A stretch of 64,000 bases of DNA from contig OY781945.1 in the NCBI GenBank assembly GCA_963677435.1, positions 3,058,899 through 3,122,898 on the forward strand, given 5' to 3'. Shown here in pieces: positions 22,470-33,900 of this stretch. Position numbers and translations under genes: made by a program. This DNA comes from an uncultured Aliarcobacter sp. GTDB taxonomy: Bacteria; Campylobacterota; Campylobacteria; Campylobacterales; Arcobacteraceae. Below the pieces are notes generated by a model that was not told the origin of the DNA, made no database searches, and was given only the letters and a program-made list of their open reading frames with translations. Numbering within the stretch: position 1 is the stretch's first letter; each line of letters begins with the position of its first letter.

Positions 22470-24215
22470 TTAATCTAGTGGAATACTTAATTTAAATAAT
22501 GCACCTTTTAACTCTTTATCATTATAAGTATATTCTTCATTAAATACTTCAATAGTACCTTTTATATGTTTTACAATAATTTCTTGTGACATATAAAGAC
22601 CAATTCCTGTGCCTTTACTTTTATGTTTTGTTGTAAAATATGGTTCAAAGATTCTATCTATTATCTCATCTTTTATTCCACCTGCACTATCTTTTATTTT
22701 AATAATTAAAAAGTTAGTATCTTTATATACATCAATAAAAATTAATCGTTCCTTCTCATTTTCAACTTTGCACAATTCATCTTTTGCATTATTCAAAATA
22801 TTAATAATCACTTGTGATAATTCATTTTCAAAACTATATACTGTAAATTCTTCTATACTTTTAACTATTTTAATATTTTTATTTGAAAAATCTATACTAA
22901 CCATATTGAGACATCTTTTTGATAATACTTTTGTATTAAATAGGTTTTTCTCATTATTTGGAGAAAAATAATATCTAAAATCATCAATTGTATTTGATAA
23001 GTAATTTGCAGTATCAATAATATGAACTAATGCTTCTTCGTTTTCTTTATCATCCAAAACACCATACTCTTTTTTTAATTTTAATGATGAGGCAACTGTT
23101 GTAATAACTGATAAAGGTTGTCTCCATTGATGGGCAATATTTCCTATCATTTCTCCCATTGCAGCCATCTTATTTTGTTGAAATAAAGCCAGATTTTTTT
23201 CATCATTTTTTGAGATTTCATCACTAACTGTTTTTTGTAAAAATATATTTAGTTCTTTTAATTTTCTTGAGTATACGAAATATCCTATTAGAAAAATTGT
23301 TGTGCATAAAAGTACTACAAAAAAAGTCAAATACCAAAAAGAGTGTATTTTAAACAATTCTATTTCAGAAATATCTATTGTATTTAATTTCTTTACAATT
23401 AAAAAATTTGCTAATTTCTTTGATGATTGAAATATTGGAATATTTATAATAAAGTAGCCATCTTTTATTATATATTCTTCTGATTCAAATATTGTTTCTA
23501 AATCTTGTTTTTCCAAATATTTTAAACTCTTTTCACTTGCAGAAATATTTGCAACATAAAAATCTTTTAGAAAAATTTTAGAAAAATTATTTTCCTTTAA
23601 CTGCTTTGTAAATTCTTTTTGAACTATAACAAAAGAATCTAAATTATCAGAAGTTTCTAAAGATTTAGTTATTGAATTAAAATGTGTGATAATTTCTAAA
23701 ATACCTATAAATTGTCTATTATAATAAACTGGAACAATAGATTTAAAAGTAATATCATATTTACCTATACTAATAGTACTTTCTGTTTTAGGATTTTTAT
23801 ATAACTCTTGTAAATCTATTCTGACATTTTTTATTTTATCAAATTTATCTGCTGTCCAGCTTCTATAGATTGAAATTCCATCTTTATCAACTAAATGAAA
23901 CCAAACATTTTTAAAATCTGTATTATCTTTTAATTTTTTTGACAAGTCGACTAAATCATAAGAACTACGATTTAATAATGCATCTTTTATTTTTTCATTT
24001 TCTGCAAGAGTTATTGCTATTGATAATGTAGCATTTTGTTTGGTATGAATTAAAGAATTTACTTTTTCTATTAGATTAATTGAAAGATTACTATATTTTT
24101 TCTCAAATAATTGTTTTTCTTTTCCAAGAATAAAATATATTCCCATGAATATTGAAACTAATAGAGTTAAAACAGATAAAACAATTATAAAAAGCATATA
24201 TTTATTTTTTTTCAT
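22470..24215 (-). CDS. Membrane sensor histidine kinase with periplasmic Cache-like domain
   Basis: Two TM helices; H-box 'IAHQWRQPL', N-box 'NILNNAKD', 'DSAGGI', 'FEPYFTTK', 'GTGIGL'. Confidence 0.93.
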   Translation of the reverse strand: MKKNKYMLFIIVLSVLTLLVSIFMGIYFILGKEKQLFEKKYSNLSINLIEKVNSLIHTKQNATLSIAITLAENEKIKDALLNRSSYDLVDLSKKLKDNTDFKNVWFHLVDKDGISIYRSWTADKFDKIKNVRIDLQELYKNPKTESTISIGKYDITFKSIVPVYYNRQFIGILEIITHFNSITKSLETSDNLDSFVIVQKEFTKQLKENNFSKIFLKDFYVANISASEKSLKYLEKQDLETIFESEEYIIKDGYFIINIPIFQSSKKLANFLIVKKLNTIDISEIELFKIHSFWYLTFFVVLLCTTIFLIGYFVYSRKLKELNIFLQKTVSDEISKNDEKNLALFQQNKMAAMGEMIGNIAHQWRQPLSVITTVASSLKLKKEYGVLDDKENEEALVHIIDTANYLSNTIDDFRYYFSPNNEKNLFNTKVLSKRCLNMVSIDFSNKNIKIVKSIEEFTVYSFENELSQVIINILNNAKDELCKVENEKERLIFIDVYKDTNFLIIKIKDSAGGIKDEIIDRIFEPYFTTKHKSKGTGIGLYMSQEIIVKHIKGTIEVFNEEYTYNDKELKGALFKLSIPLD

Positions 24216-24294
24216 CTTTCTTCTTTATTGTATTTTCTTTTATTATTACACAATTTAGATTAAAGAAATTATTTTTTATTAATTTTGAGAAGAT

Positions 24295-24311
24295 TGTCTA
24301 TTTTATATACA
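24295..24311. promoter_or_regulatory. Putative nitrogen-regulator box upstream of the NtrC-like regulator-glnD operon
   Basis: TGTCTA-TTTTA-TATACA; centre 39 bp upstream of TATAAT at 24342-24347. Confidence 0.7.
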
Positions 24312-24394
24312 GAAATATAGGATTTTTTTATTTTTATACAGTATAATATTTTTTAATCTGATAAAGTTATGATTGAAAAAAGAGGTGGTATATT

Positions 24395-25147
24395 ATGCAA
24401 GATTTTATTGCAGAAGATGGAATTTCAAAAGAGATACTAAATTCAGCTAAACTTTTACAAGCTGTTCAAGTTAATGCACTTATTTTAGGGAATGCAGGTA
24501 CAGGGAAAAAATCCTTAGCAAAATATATATTGCCTAATTCTGGCATTTATGAAGCTAAAAATTTGCAAAAAGACATTAGTGATGATATTCTTCTTCTACA
24601 AAATGAAGCAATAATCATTGATAAAATAAATGAAATTACAAATATTGATATGTTTTTAAAATGGTTAGAAGATAATAATATTAGAGTTATAGCCATTTCA
24701 AATACTGAAAATTTAAATCAGAAATTAAAAGATATTTTTTCAATTAATCTTGAAATTCCCAATCTAAATAAAAGAGAAGAAGATACAAAAGCTTTAGTAA
24801 ATAAGTTTTCACAAGAAGCCAGTTCTATTTTAGATTTACCTAAAATCCCCTCTTCAAAACTCATAGTTAATATTTCAAATAATACCCATAGTCTAAGGAA
24901 ATCTATCTATTTTTCATACCTTTTTGAAACAATTGGAGAACATGAGATTTTAATGTTCCTTGAAAAATACCTAAGTGAAAATTTAAAGGGTGAAAACTCT
25001 TACAAAGATTTATCATATATTTTTGAAGTTCCACTACTTAAAGCATCTACTAAAAAATACAAATCACAAGTTCAAGTTGCTAAACATCTAGGTTTAAATA
25101 GAATTACATTACGAAAGAAATTGGAAATTTATAAAGATTTATTATGA
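24395..25147 (+). CDS. Degenerate NtrC-like AAA+/Fis-HTH transcriptional regulator lacking a receiver domain
   Basis: Walker A 'GNAGTGKK', degenerate Walker B 'IIIDKI', 'IRVIAISN', 'IPNLNKREED', HTH 'QVQVAKHLGLNRITLRKKL'; no GAFTGA. Confidence 0.8.
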   Translation: MQDFIAEDGISKEILNSAKLLQAVQVNALILGNAGTGKKSLAKYILPNSGIYEAKNLQKDISDDILLLQNEAIIIDKINEITNIDMFLKWLEDNNIRVIAISNTENLNQKLKDIFSINLEIPNLNKREEDTKALVNKFSQEASSILDLPKIPSSKLIVNISNNTHSLRKSIYFSYLFETIGEHEILMFLEKYLSENLKGENSYKDLSYIFEVPLLKASTKKYKSQVQVAKHLGLNRITLRKKLEIYKDLL

Positions 25148-27684
25148 TTGATTTAAATATACAAATTGAAGAGTTAATTTCAAATAATGCTACTGATTTT
25201 CAAATCTCAAAAATTTTCAAAAATTATTATAAAAACTATTTAGACTCAATTGATACCACAGTTGAGACAACAGGTGGAAAAGATTTTTTTATAAAACATA
25301 CAAAACATACTGATAAATTTTTAATTTTACTTTATAAGTATATTTTACGAAAGAATTTTGCTTCGCATCAACCTATGAGTACATCAATTCCAATTAGTTT
25401 AATTGCACTTGGATCTTATGGAAGAGAACAACTTTGTATCTATTCTGATATTGATATTATGATTTTATATGAAAATATCAAAGGTTATAATTTAAAAGGA
25501 ATCATGGAAGAGTTTATAACTCTTGCATGGGATTGTGGATTAAAATTAGGTTCAAGAGTTCATGAACTAAAAGAGATAAGCGAAGCAGTAAAAGAAGATA
25601 TTACAATCAAAAGTTCTATTTTAGAATCAAGATTAATTTATGGTTCTAAGATTTTGTGGTATGGCTATGAAAATGTTTTAAGTAAAATTAGAAAAACAGA
25701 TCAAAAAGGTTTTATATTAGACAAACTAGAAGAACATAAACAAAGACTTTTAAAATATCCATTAACTATGGAGCCAAATATTAAAGATGGTTATGGTGGG
25801 ATTAGAGAATCTAATATGATGTATTGGATGGCAAATATTTTATATGGCGTTACAAATACTAAAGAGTTAATTGGAATTCAATATACAGAAGATGAATATA
25901 AAAAATATAGACAAGCTTTAGAGTTTATATTTCAAGTAAGAAATGCTTTACATAATATTGCAAGAAAAAAACTAGACCAAGTAACCCTTGATGTTTTGCC
26001 TGATTTAAGTTTAAAACTTGGATTTAAAAATAAACCAAGATATACAAAAGATAGACAATGTATGTCTAAAATTTTGTCTTGTTTACACATAATCCATAAT
26101 TTCACAGCAACTATGGTTAAAAAATTCACTAGAGAAACTCTTTTTGAAGCATCAAATATAAGTAAATTAAAAAAATTAAGATTCAAAAAAAATCTTTTTA
26201 TTTTAAACAATACCTTGTACTGTTCATTCCATAGAAAAGAACAAACTTTAAATTCATTCTTAAAAGAGTTAATTGAGCTTCCAATAGAAGTTGAAAGATT
26301 TGATAGATCTTACATCTATTATGCTAGTAAAGTAAAAATACCAAATGTTCAAACGAAAGAGTTGAAAAAAAATATAAAAACTATTTTGTGTAAACCTAAT
26401 TTATATCAACTGATGAAACTAATTTATAATGCAGGTTTATTCAGAGCCGTACTTCCAAGTACAAAAAAAATTATAGATCAACCTCAATTTGATGGTTATC
26501 ATACGCATCCTGTGGATATTCACTCTTTAAAAACTTTAATGTTTTCTCAAAATATCGAAAATGAGTATATAAAATCAATATTTGATGAGTTAACAAGTGA
26601 ACAAAAAATATTAGTAAGATTAGTCTCTTTTTTTCATGATATTGGAAAGGGAAGAACAGATGATCATCATATAATTGGAGAAAAATTATTTAAAAGTATG
26701 ATGAAATCATTTGATTTTAGTGAAGAGTTCATAAAACTAGGCGCAAGACTTGTAAGATATCATAATATGATGTCTTATATGGCAACCCATGAAGATATAT
26801 ATTCTGAAAAAACTATTTTAAATTTTACTGGTTTAATTAAAACAAAAGAGGCACTAAAACTTTTATATGCAATTACATATAGTGATATTTCAGCAGTGGG
26901 TAAAAATATTTTTAATAGTTCAACAGAATCACTTTTAAAACAACTTTATATTCAATCTCTTCCTGCTTTTGAAGATGAAGACTTTTTAACTGAGAGTAGA
27001 AGAAGAATTGCAAAACAAAATGCAATTAAGAAGCTTGACAAATATAAAGAATTACCAGTCATGCTACAAAAGAAAATTATGTATATAGCTTCAAATCAAA
27101 TCTTTTTAAGATTAAAAGCTGAAGATATTTTGGACATTGCAATAAAAGCAAAAAATGTTGAATCATATATTTATAAAGTAATAAATGACTCTCAATTAAC
27201 AATTAGAATAATCAGAAAATCACCTTTAAATTTAGGATATTTATTAGGGAAATTAGAGTTTTTAAATATTGCTTCTATGAATATTTTTAAACTTTATGAT
27301 AATAAAAAAGCTTTTGATATCACTTTTTCAGAAAAAATTGATACTGAAGATCTGTTTTTTATTGAAGAGATAATAAAAGACTCTTTTGACATGAGTAAAA
27401 CAACAGTTACAAAAACTCCAATTATAAAAAGAGATGGAATAAAAATTGATTGTAACCACTCTTCATATTTGGCCTCAATGCAACTTATAGCAAAAGATCA
27501 GAAGGGTTTATTTGCCTATATTGCTAGAATTTTTGATGATTTTAAATTAGAAATAGAAAGTGCAAAACTTCATACATTAAATGGCTATGCAAGGGATTTG
27601 ATATTAATAGAGAAAAATGGTAATTTTTGTTCAAAACAAAATGAAGTTTTGGATTTAATTTGCGTAAATGAAGAAAGAGATTAA
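25144..27684 (+). CDS. glnD: [Protein-PII] uridylyltransferase/uridylyl-removing enzyme
   Basis: NTase 'ALGSYGREQLCIYSDIDI', 'EPNIKDGYGGIRE', 'QFDGYHTHPVDIH', HD 'FHDIGKG', ACT-like 'DQKGLFAYIA'. Confidence 0.88.
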   Translation: MIDLNIQIEELISNNATDFQISKIFKNYYKNYLDSIDTTVETTGGKDFFIKHTKHTDKFLILLYKYILRKNFASHQPMSTSIPISLIALGSYGREQLCIYSDIDIMILYENIKGYNLKGIMEEFITLAWDCGLKLGSRVHELKEISEAVKEDITIKSSILESRLIYGSKILWYGYENVLSKIRKTDQKGFILDKLEEHKQRLLKYPLTMEPNIKDGYGGIRESNMMYWMANILYGVTNTKELIGIQYTEDEYKKYRQALEFIFQVRNALHNIARKKLDQVTLDVLPDLSLKLGFKNKPRYTKDRQCMSKILSCLHIIHNFTATMVKKFTRETLFEASNISKLKKLRFKKNLFILNNTLYCSFHRKEQTLNSFLKELIELPIEVERFDRSYIYYASKVKIPNVQTKELKKNIKTILCKPNLYQLMKLIYNAGLFRAVLPSTKKIIDQPQFDGYHTHPVDIHSLKTLMFSQNIENEYIKSIFDELTSEQKILVRLVSFFHDIGKGRTDDHHIIGEKLFKSMMKSFDFSEEFIKLGARLVRYHNMMSYMATHEDIYSEKTILNFTGLIKTKEALKLLYAITYSDISAVGKNIFNSSTESLLKQLYIQSLPAFEDEDFLTESRRRIAKQNAIKKLDKYKELPVMLQKKIMYIASNQIFLRLKAEDILDIAIKAKNVESYIYKVINDSQLTIRIIRKSPLNLGYLLGKLEFLNIASMNIFKLYDNKKAFDITFSEKIDTEDLFFIEEIIKDSFDMSKTTVTKTPIIKRDGIKIDCNHSSYLASMQLIAKDQKGLFAYIARIFDDFKLEIESAKLHTLNGYARDLILIEKNGNFCSKQNEVLDLICVNEERD

Positions 27685-27769
27685 ATTTTTAAATTAATTA
27701 TAAAGATAATTTAATTCTATTCTTTATTATGATAAAATCAAGAACTTTGTAACTATTTTAAGGTCTTGA

Positions 27770-28762
27770 ATGCAAATTTCGAAATATCTTTTTTTTCTTT
27801 TTCTCTTTAATCTTTTAAACTTAAATGCCGAACAATTTAATCAAGCTAAAATTGCATATATTGCAACAAATATGTCTATTCCTTTTTGGGAAATTATGTC
27901 AAATGGAGCTATAAATAGCGCTAAAAGACTTGGATATAATATTGAAATATTTGATTCTGAAAATGATAATAAAAAAGAACTTGAAAATACAATAAAAGCA
28001 ATAAATGAAAAAGTTTCAGGAATTATAATCTCTCCAAATAACTCTTCTTCTTGTGCAACAATTCTAAAACTTGCAAAAAAAGCTAATATTCCTGTGATAA
28101 TTTCTGATATAGGTTCTGAATCAGATAACTATATTTCTTATATATCTTCAGATAATGAAGAAGCTGCTTATGAGATAGGAAAAGTTCTAGGACAGCAATT
28201 AAACCAATTAAATATTGAAAATCCTAAAGTTGCCATAATTGCAATTTCACAAAAAAGAATAAATGCACAACAAAGAACAAGTGGTTTTGTAAAAGCAATG
28301 ACAGATTTTTCTATAAAAACTATAGATATAAAACAACAAATTAACTTTTCAAAAAAAGAGACATATAATTTTACAAAAGAGATAATAGAAAAAACTCCAG
28401 ATTTAAATGCCATTTGGCTTCAAACTTCAAATGAATATCAAGCAGCTTTAGATGCGATTAATGATAGTGGGAAAAAAGATAAAATACTACTTCTTACTTT
28501 TGATGCTGAACCAGAATTTCTAGATTTAATTTTAAATAAAACTATTCTTGCATCAGCAATGCAACAACCTTTTTTGATGGGAGAACAAGCAGTAATTACT
28601 TTAGATAAATATTTACATAAAAAAGAAATTAAGAAAAATTATAAATTATCAGTTCTTACTATTTCAAAAGAAAATATTAAAGATAATTTACCAATTATAA
28701 AAAGAAATGTTTTTGGTATAGTTGAGAAAAACAATTCGAGTATACAAGTAAATGATAAATAA
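27770..28762 (+). CDS. Periplasmic binding protein, RbsB/sugar-binding (type I) family
   Basis: Signal peptide, 'PFWEIMSNGA', 'GIIISP', 'IPVIISD', 'SYISSDNEEAA', 'QQPFLMG'. Confidence 0.88.
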   Translation: MQISKYLFFLFLFNLLNLNAEQFNQAKIAYIATNMSIPFWEIMSNGAINSAKRLGYNIEIFDSENDNKKELENTIKAINEKVSGIIISPNNSSSCATILKLAKKANIPVIISDIGSESDNYISYISSDNEEAAYEIGKVLGQQLNQLNIENPKVAIIAISQKRINAQQRTSGFVKAMTDFSIKTIDIKQQINFSKKETYNFTKEIIEKTPDLNAIWLQTSNEYQAALDAINDSGKKDKILLLTFDAEPEFLDLILNKTILASAMQQPFLMGEQAVITLDKYLHKKEIKKNYKLSVLTISKENIKDNLPIIKRNVFGIVEKNNSSIQVNDK

Positions 28763-30956
28763 TATTTTTAAAATTAAAAAGTCTTTATACTTTATTCTTA
28801 GCACAATTATAGTTTTAACTGTTACTATTATAATCAGCATAAATTCAATTTATAGTTATACAAATACAAAAAATTATATTATCAATAATATAAATGATGA
28901 ATCAGATAGTATAATTATTGAACTAAAAAACAATATTACAAACCTTATATCTTCATACTCTGTAAATGAATATGAGAAATTTTTATATTCACAACTAGAT
29001 TCAAAAAAAATCTTATTTGCTATTGTTCTAAAAGATTATAATTTAGGCAAACTAATGGGAAAAGAGTATGAAGTTTATGGAAAGATTAGAGATAAGAACT
29101 GGAATATTATTGACTATGATGCTCAAAATAAGCAGCAAAAAGAGTTATTATCTTTGGCTTATTTTAAAAAAGATTTTGATATCACAAATGATAAAGCACA
29201 AAAAATCGGAACAATTTGTATATATATTTCAAATAAAACACTAAATGAAGAATTAGACCAAATTATTTATAATAACATTGCAGAAGCGTTAGTTATCTCT
29301 TCAATTCTCATATTATCTCTATTTTTAACAATAAGATATTTCATTTTAATTCCTCTTTCTAACATGATAAAAATCATAGACAATACAGATAAAAATGGTA
29401 TTCCAACTGAAAACTTTTCTTTAAATGGTTCAAAGGAGATATTTTTACTTTCTAATACTATGAATAATATGATTAATACCATAAAAAATTCAAGAAAAAC
29501 TTTATTAGATAATGAGGAAAAATTAAAAACTCTTTTACAATTAAGCCCTATTGCTGTAAGAATTGCAATAAATGAAGGAGAAAAAATTGTTTTTGCTAAT
29601 AATTCATATCTAAAATTACTTAAAATACATTATAAAGAACTTTATACAAAGAATCCAAAAGATTACTATCAAAAAGAATCTGTATATCACGATATTCTTA
29701 ACTCATTAGATAAAAATAGAAAAATAGAAAATAAACTTATACCTTTAAATATCGATAACATAGAAATTTGGGTGATTGCATCTTATATAAATATTGTTTA
29801 TGATGGAGAAAAAGCTGTAATTGGATGGTTGTATGATGTTACTGATAAAATTAAAATCCAAAAACAAATTGAAGAACAAAAAAATGAATTTGAAACAATT
29901 TTTAATTATTCAATTGACGGTTTAGCAATAATAGATTTAAAAAGTAATTTCTTAAGATTTAATGCTCCATACATGAAAATGACAAAATTTACAAGAAAAG
30001 AGTTATTGAAAACATCTTTTATAAAACTTATCAATAGTGAAGATTTGGAAAAAACAAAAGTTGCCTTACAAAGTATTATTGAAACCAAATTTATTACAGA
30101 TTACGAGATAACTTGCTTATCAAAAGACAATAGAAATATAACAGTTAGTATGTCTATGGTTTTACTTCCTGATAAAAAAAGAATTCTTTTAAGTATAAAA
30201 GATATTACACAACATAAACTTATTGAATCTCAATCAAAATTAGCTTCAATGGGAGAAATGATTGGAAATATTGCCCATCAATGGAGACAACCTCTAAGTT
30301 TAATTTCTACAATTGCTAGTGGAATAAAAGTACAAGTTGAATTTGGCTTATTTGATGAAAAGATGCTGATTCCAGATATGGATAATATTATTAATCAAAC
30401 AAATTATTTATCAAATACTATAGATGATTTTAGAAATTTTATTAAAAATTCAAATGACAAAAGTGAAATTCTAATTTCAAATATAATAAAAAAAGTATTA
30501 TCAATATTACACCCCTCAATTGTAAATCATAATATCAATGTAATTTTAGATATAAAAGATGATATGAAAATTGAAGCTTATGAAAATCAACTGATTCAAG
30601 CTTTAATAAATATTATTAATAATTCAAAGGATGCACTAAAAGAGAATATTAAAACTAATGAAATGAAACTCCTTTTTATTGAAACGAAAAATATAAAAGA
30701 TCATTTAATTTTAGAAATTAAAGATAATGCAGGAGGTATTCCAAAAAATATTATTGACAAAATTTTTGAACCATATTTTACTACTAAACACAAAAGTTTA
30801 GGAACAGGAATAGGATTATCAATCACTCATCAAATAATAACAAAACACCACCATGCAAATATCTTTGTATCAAATGAAACTTACGAATACGAAAATAAAA
30901 TTTACACGGGAGCTTGTTTTACAATAATCTTTAATGATATAAAAGAATTAGCCTAA
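28752..30956 (+). CDS. Sensor histidine kinase (2 TM, HAMP, two PAS-like domains)
   Basis: TM-periplasmic-TM, HAMP 'PLSNM', PAS ends 'DVT' and 'DIT', 'IAHQWRQPL', 'GTGIGL'. Confidence 0.92.
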   Translation: MINNIFKIKKSLYFILSTIIVLTVTIIISINSIYSYTNTKNYIINNINDESDSIIIELKNNITNLISSYSVNEYEKFLYSQLDSKKILFAIVLKDYNLGKLMGKEYEVYGKIRDKNWNIIDYDAQNKQQKELLSLAYFKKDFDITNDKAQKIGTICIYISNKTLNEELDQIIYNNIAEALVISSILILSLFLTIRYFILIPLSNMIKIIDNTDKNGIPTENFSLNGSKEIFLLSNTMNNMINTIKNSRKTLLDNEEKLKTLLQLSPIAVRIAINEGEKIVFANNSYLKLLKIHYKELYTKNPKDYYQKESVYHDILNSLDKNRKIENKLIPLNIDNIEIWVIASYINIVYDGEKAVIGWLYDVTDKIKIQKQIEEQKNEFETIFNYSIDGLAIIDLKSNFLRFNAPYMKMTKFTRKELLKTSFIKLINSEDLEKTKVALQSIIETKFITDYEITCLSKDNRNITVSMSMVLLPDKKRILLSIKDITQHKLIESQSKLASMGEMIGNIAHQWRQPLSLISTIASGIKVQVEFGLFDEKMLIPDMDNIINQTNYLSNTIDDFRNFIKNSNDKSEILISNIIKKVLSILHPSIVNHNINVILDIKDDMKIEAYENQLIQALINIINNSKDALKENIKTNEMKLLFIETKNIKDHLILEIKDNAGGIPKNIIDKIFEPYFTTKHKSLGTGIGLSITHQIITKHHHANIFVSNETYEYENKIYTGACFTIIFNDIKELA

Positions 30957-33900
30957 AGCTAACTCTTTCGCACCTTTAAAATCTTTTTTTCCAGTTCCTA
31001 GTTTTGGAATATCTTCTACTATTTTTACAGTTGAAGGAATCATTAGTTTATTATCAAAGCTGTTTATCATTTTCTCTTTTAGGTTTGTTACAAAATCTTC
31101 ATTTACGTTTGAAATTAGAAGAATTATCTTTTCACCTTTTTTTTCATCTTCAATAGAAGTTACTATAAAATCAACCAAAGAGTCTTCACCTAAAGCTACA
31201 ATTTTTGAGATTTTTTCTTCAACAGCTCCAAGACTTATCATCTCTCCGCCAAGTTTTGCGAATCTTGAATATCTATCAACAATAGTTAAAAAACCATCTT
31301 CGTCTAATCTTCCTTTATCACCTGTGATATAGTAAGTTTTACCATTTAATTTTTTTAGAACTAGTGAAGTTTTTACCTCATCATTTAAATAACCTTTCAT
31401 CACTTGAATACCTGAAATTAAAATCATTCCCTCTTCTTTTGTAGGTAATTCTTCAAAAGTTTGAGGATCAACTATTTTTATCGTAGTTCCAGGAATTGCC
31501 ATTCCAACTGTTCCTATTTTATTACCAACTTGAACAGAAAAATCAGGAGCTAAAACATCGGGTAAATTACAAGCAGCAACTGGCGAAGTTTCACTTGTTC
31601 CATATCCTTCTAAAATATCTTTTCCAAATTTCTTTTTAAAATCATATCTTACATCTTCTCTTAGTTTTTCAGCACCAGCAACACAAAGTCGCAGACTTTC
31701 AAACATCAAAGGATGAACTTTTGAGTTTTTAGTATATAGCCTAAAAAATGTAGAAGTTCCTGTCATAATTGTGGCTTTATATTGAGAAACTAATTTCCCC
31801 AAACCTAAACCATCTGTTGGGTCTGGATGACAAACACATTTTATTCCCTCAATTAAAGGTAAAAATGTAGTAACAACTATTCCAAAAGCATGAAATAATG
31901 GTAAAGAACCTATCATAATATCCTCATCAGAAGCATTTATGATATTTGCAATTTGTTGAGAATTTCCTAAAATATTATCTCCACTTAATTCAACACCTTT
32001 GGGAGTTCCCTCACTTCCTGATGAGAATAAAATTAAAACCGTATCATTTTTTGAAGTTTTTGTTAAATGAATTGCTTTTAATATAAAACTTGGCATTAAC
32101 TTAACACTAAAATATGTAGCTATTCCTTTTGGTCTTGAGATTTTTGCTTTTAAATCTTCCACATAAACAACCTCAACCAAGTCAAGAATCTCTTTTATAT
32201 TTATTCCTTTGTTTTCAAGTTTTTCAACAAACTTTTTTGAAGCAATGATAGTTTTTATTTGAGCTGTTTGAACAGCTGTTTTTAATGAGTTTAATTCACT
32301 AGTATAGTTTAGATTTATTATAGTTTTTCCCATCATTAATACTGAATAATTTATAAATGCACCAGCTGCTGTTGAAGGAAGTAATAAACCTATATTTTGC
32401 CCTTTAATTTCAGGCTTTAGCAGATTTTTAAACATAATAGAAACAGTTAAAAATCTCTCCCCACTTAATTCAAGTCCAGTTGAATCTGCAAAAATCATAT
32501 TAGAACCAACTTCTTTTAATCTATCAAAAATCGTTTCACTCAATGGTTTTAAATCTTGGATATGTTCTTGCCATGATTTTGTAGAAAGCTTTATAAGTTC
32601 TTGTTTTATACTTATTATATTTGCTTTATCTTTTCTCATCATTCTTGAAAAAGATACTGTTACACTATTTGTTTTATTTGATTTTTTAAACTTTTTACTA
32701 GCTCTTGAGAACATAGATTCCCAAAGTCCACGAATATAAAAAGGAACAACTTTCACATCTGTAGTTGTTAATTCTAAAATTTTTTCAAAACCTTTTTTAA
32801 ACTCTCCTAAGTGACCATTTCTAGTGATTGCACCCTCTGGAAAAAGTACAACTACATTTCCCTCATCTAACTCCTTTGCTATTGTTTCAATTGTATTTTT
32901 ACTTGAACCATTTGAAATAGGAATTGCTTTGAAGATTTTTAAAAGCCAATGCAAATACCATTTTTCATAAATTGGTTTATGCATTACAAATCTTATTTCC
33001 CTTGGAGTTGCCATTAAAACAACAGCCCAATCTATCCATGAAATATGATTTCCTAAAAGTAAAACTCCACCTGATGAGGGAATATTTTTCACGCCATTTA
33101 CTTCAAGATTATATTTTAAACCTACAATTCTTTTTAGAAATAATAAAATCAAAGATTGAGGTAGTTTATAAATTGTATATGATGTTCCAATTACTGTAAT
33201 TAATAAAATCAAATAAAGTGTATTTAAGGGATTTAAATCATAATAAGAAACTGCTGTTGTAAGACTTAACATTAAAAACATAGCTAATGAATTAAACCAG
33301 TTATTTCCAGCAAGTATAGTTCCTAAAACTCTTTTTTTAGCATTAAATTGAATTAAGGCATTTAAAGGAACAACAAATAATCCTCCAAAAATACCAAATA
33401 CTAAAAAACTAACTCCCAAAAGAAATGGTGTTTGAACAACTGTTGAGATATAAATCATCAAAGCCATTCCCATAGCAGCTAGGGGAATTGTTCCTATTTC
33501 TATATAGTGTTTTGAGATTTTTGAATACAAAATTGAACCAATTGCAATTCCAACTCCTGAAGCTCCAATTACTCCATTTATCATAAACACATCAGTGATT
33601 CCTAAATACTGTTTTACATAAGAGGGAAATACAGCCATTAAAGCTTGTGAAACTCCCCAAAATACTGATAAACCTATAACAGCTAAAGATATGATATTGT
33701 TTGAAAATATAGTTTGTATGTTTTTAGATAGTAGTTTTCCTTGGAATAAATCATTTTTATTCAAAGTTAGTGTTTCATTTTTTGTGTAAGTTGTATTTAT
33801 TCTTCTTAAAAATATAAATGAAACTGCCATTTCTAAAAAAGCAACTGGTAAAATATAATATGTCAAAGGCAATATTGCTTTTAACATCTCTTCTTTTGTA

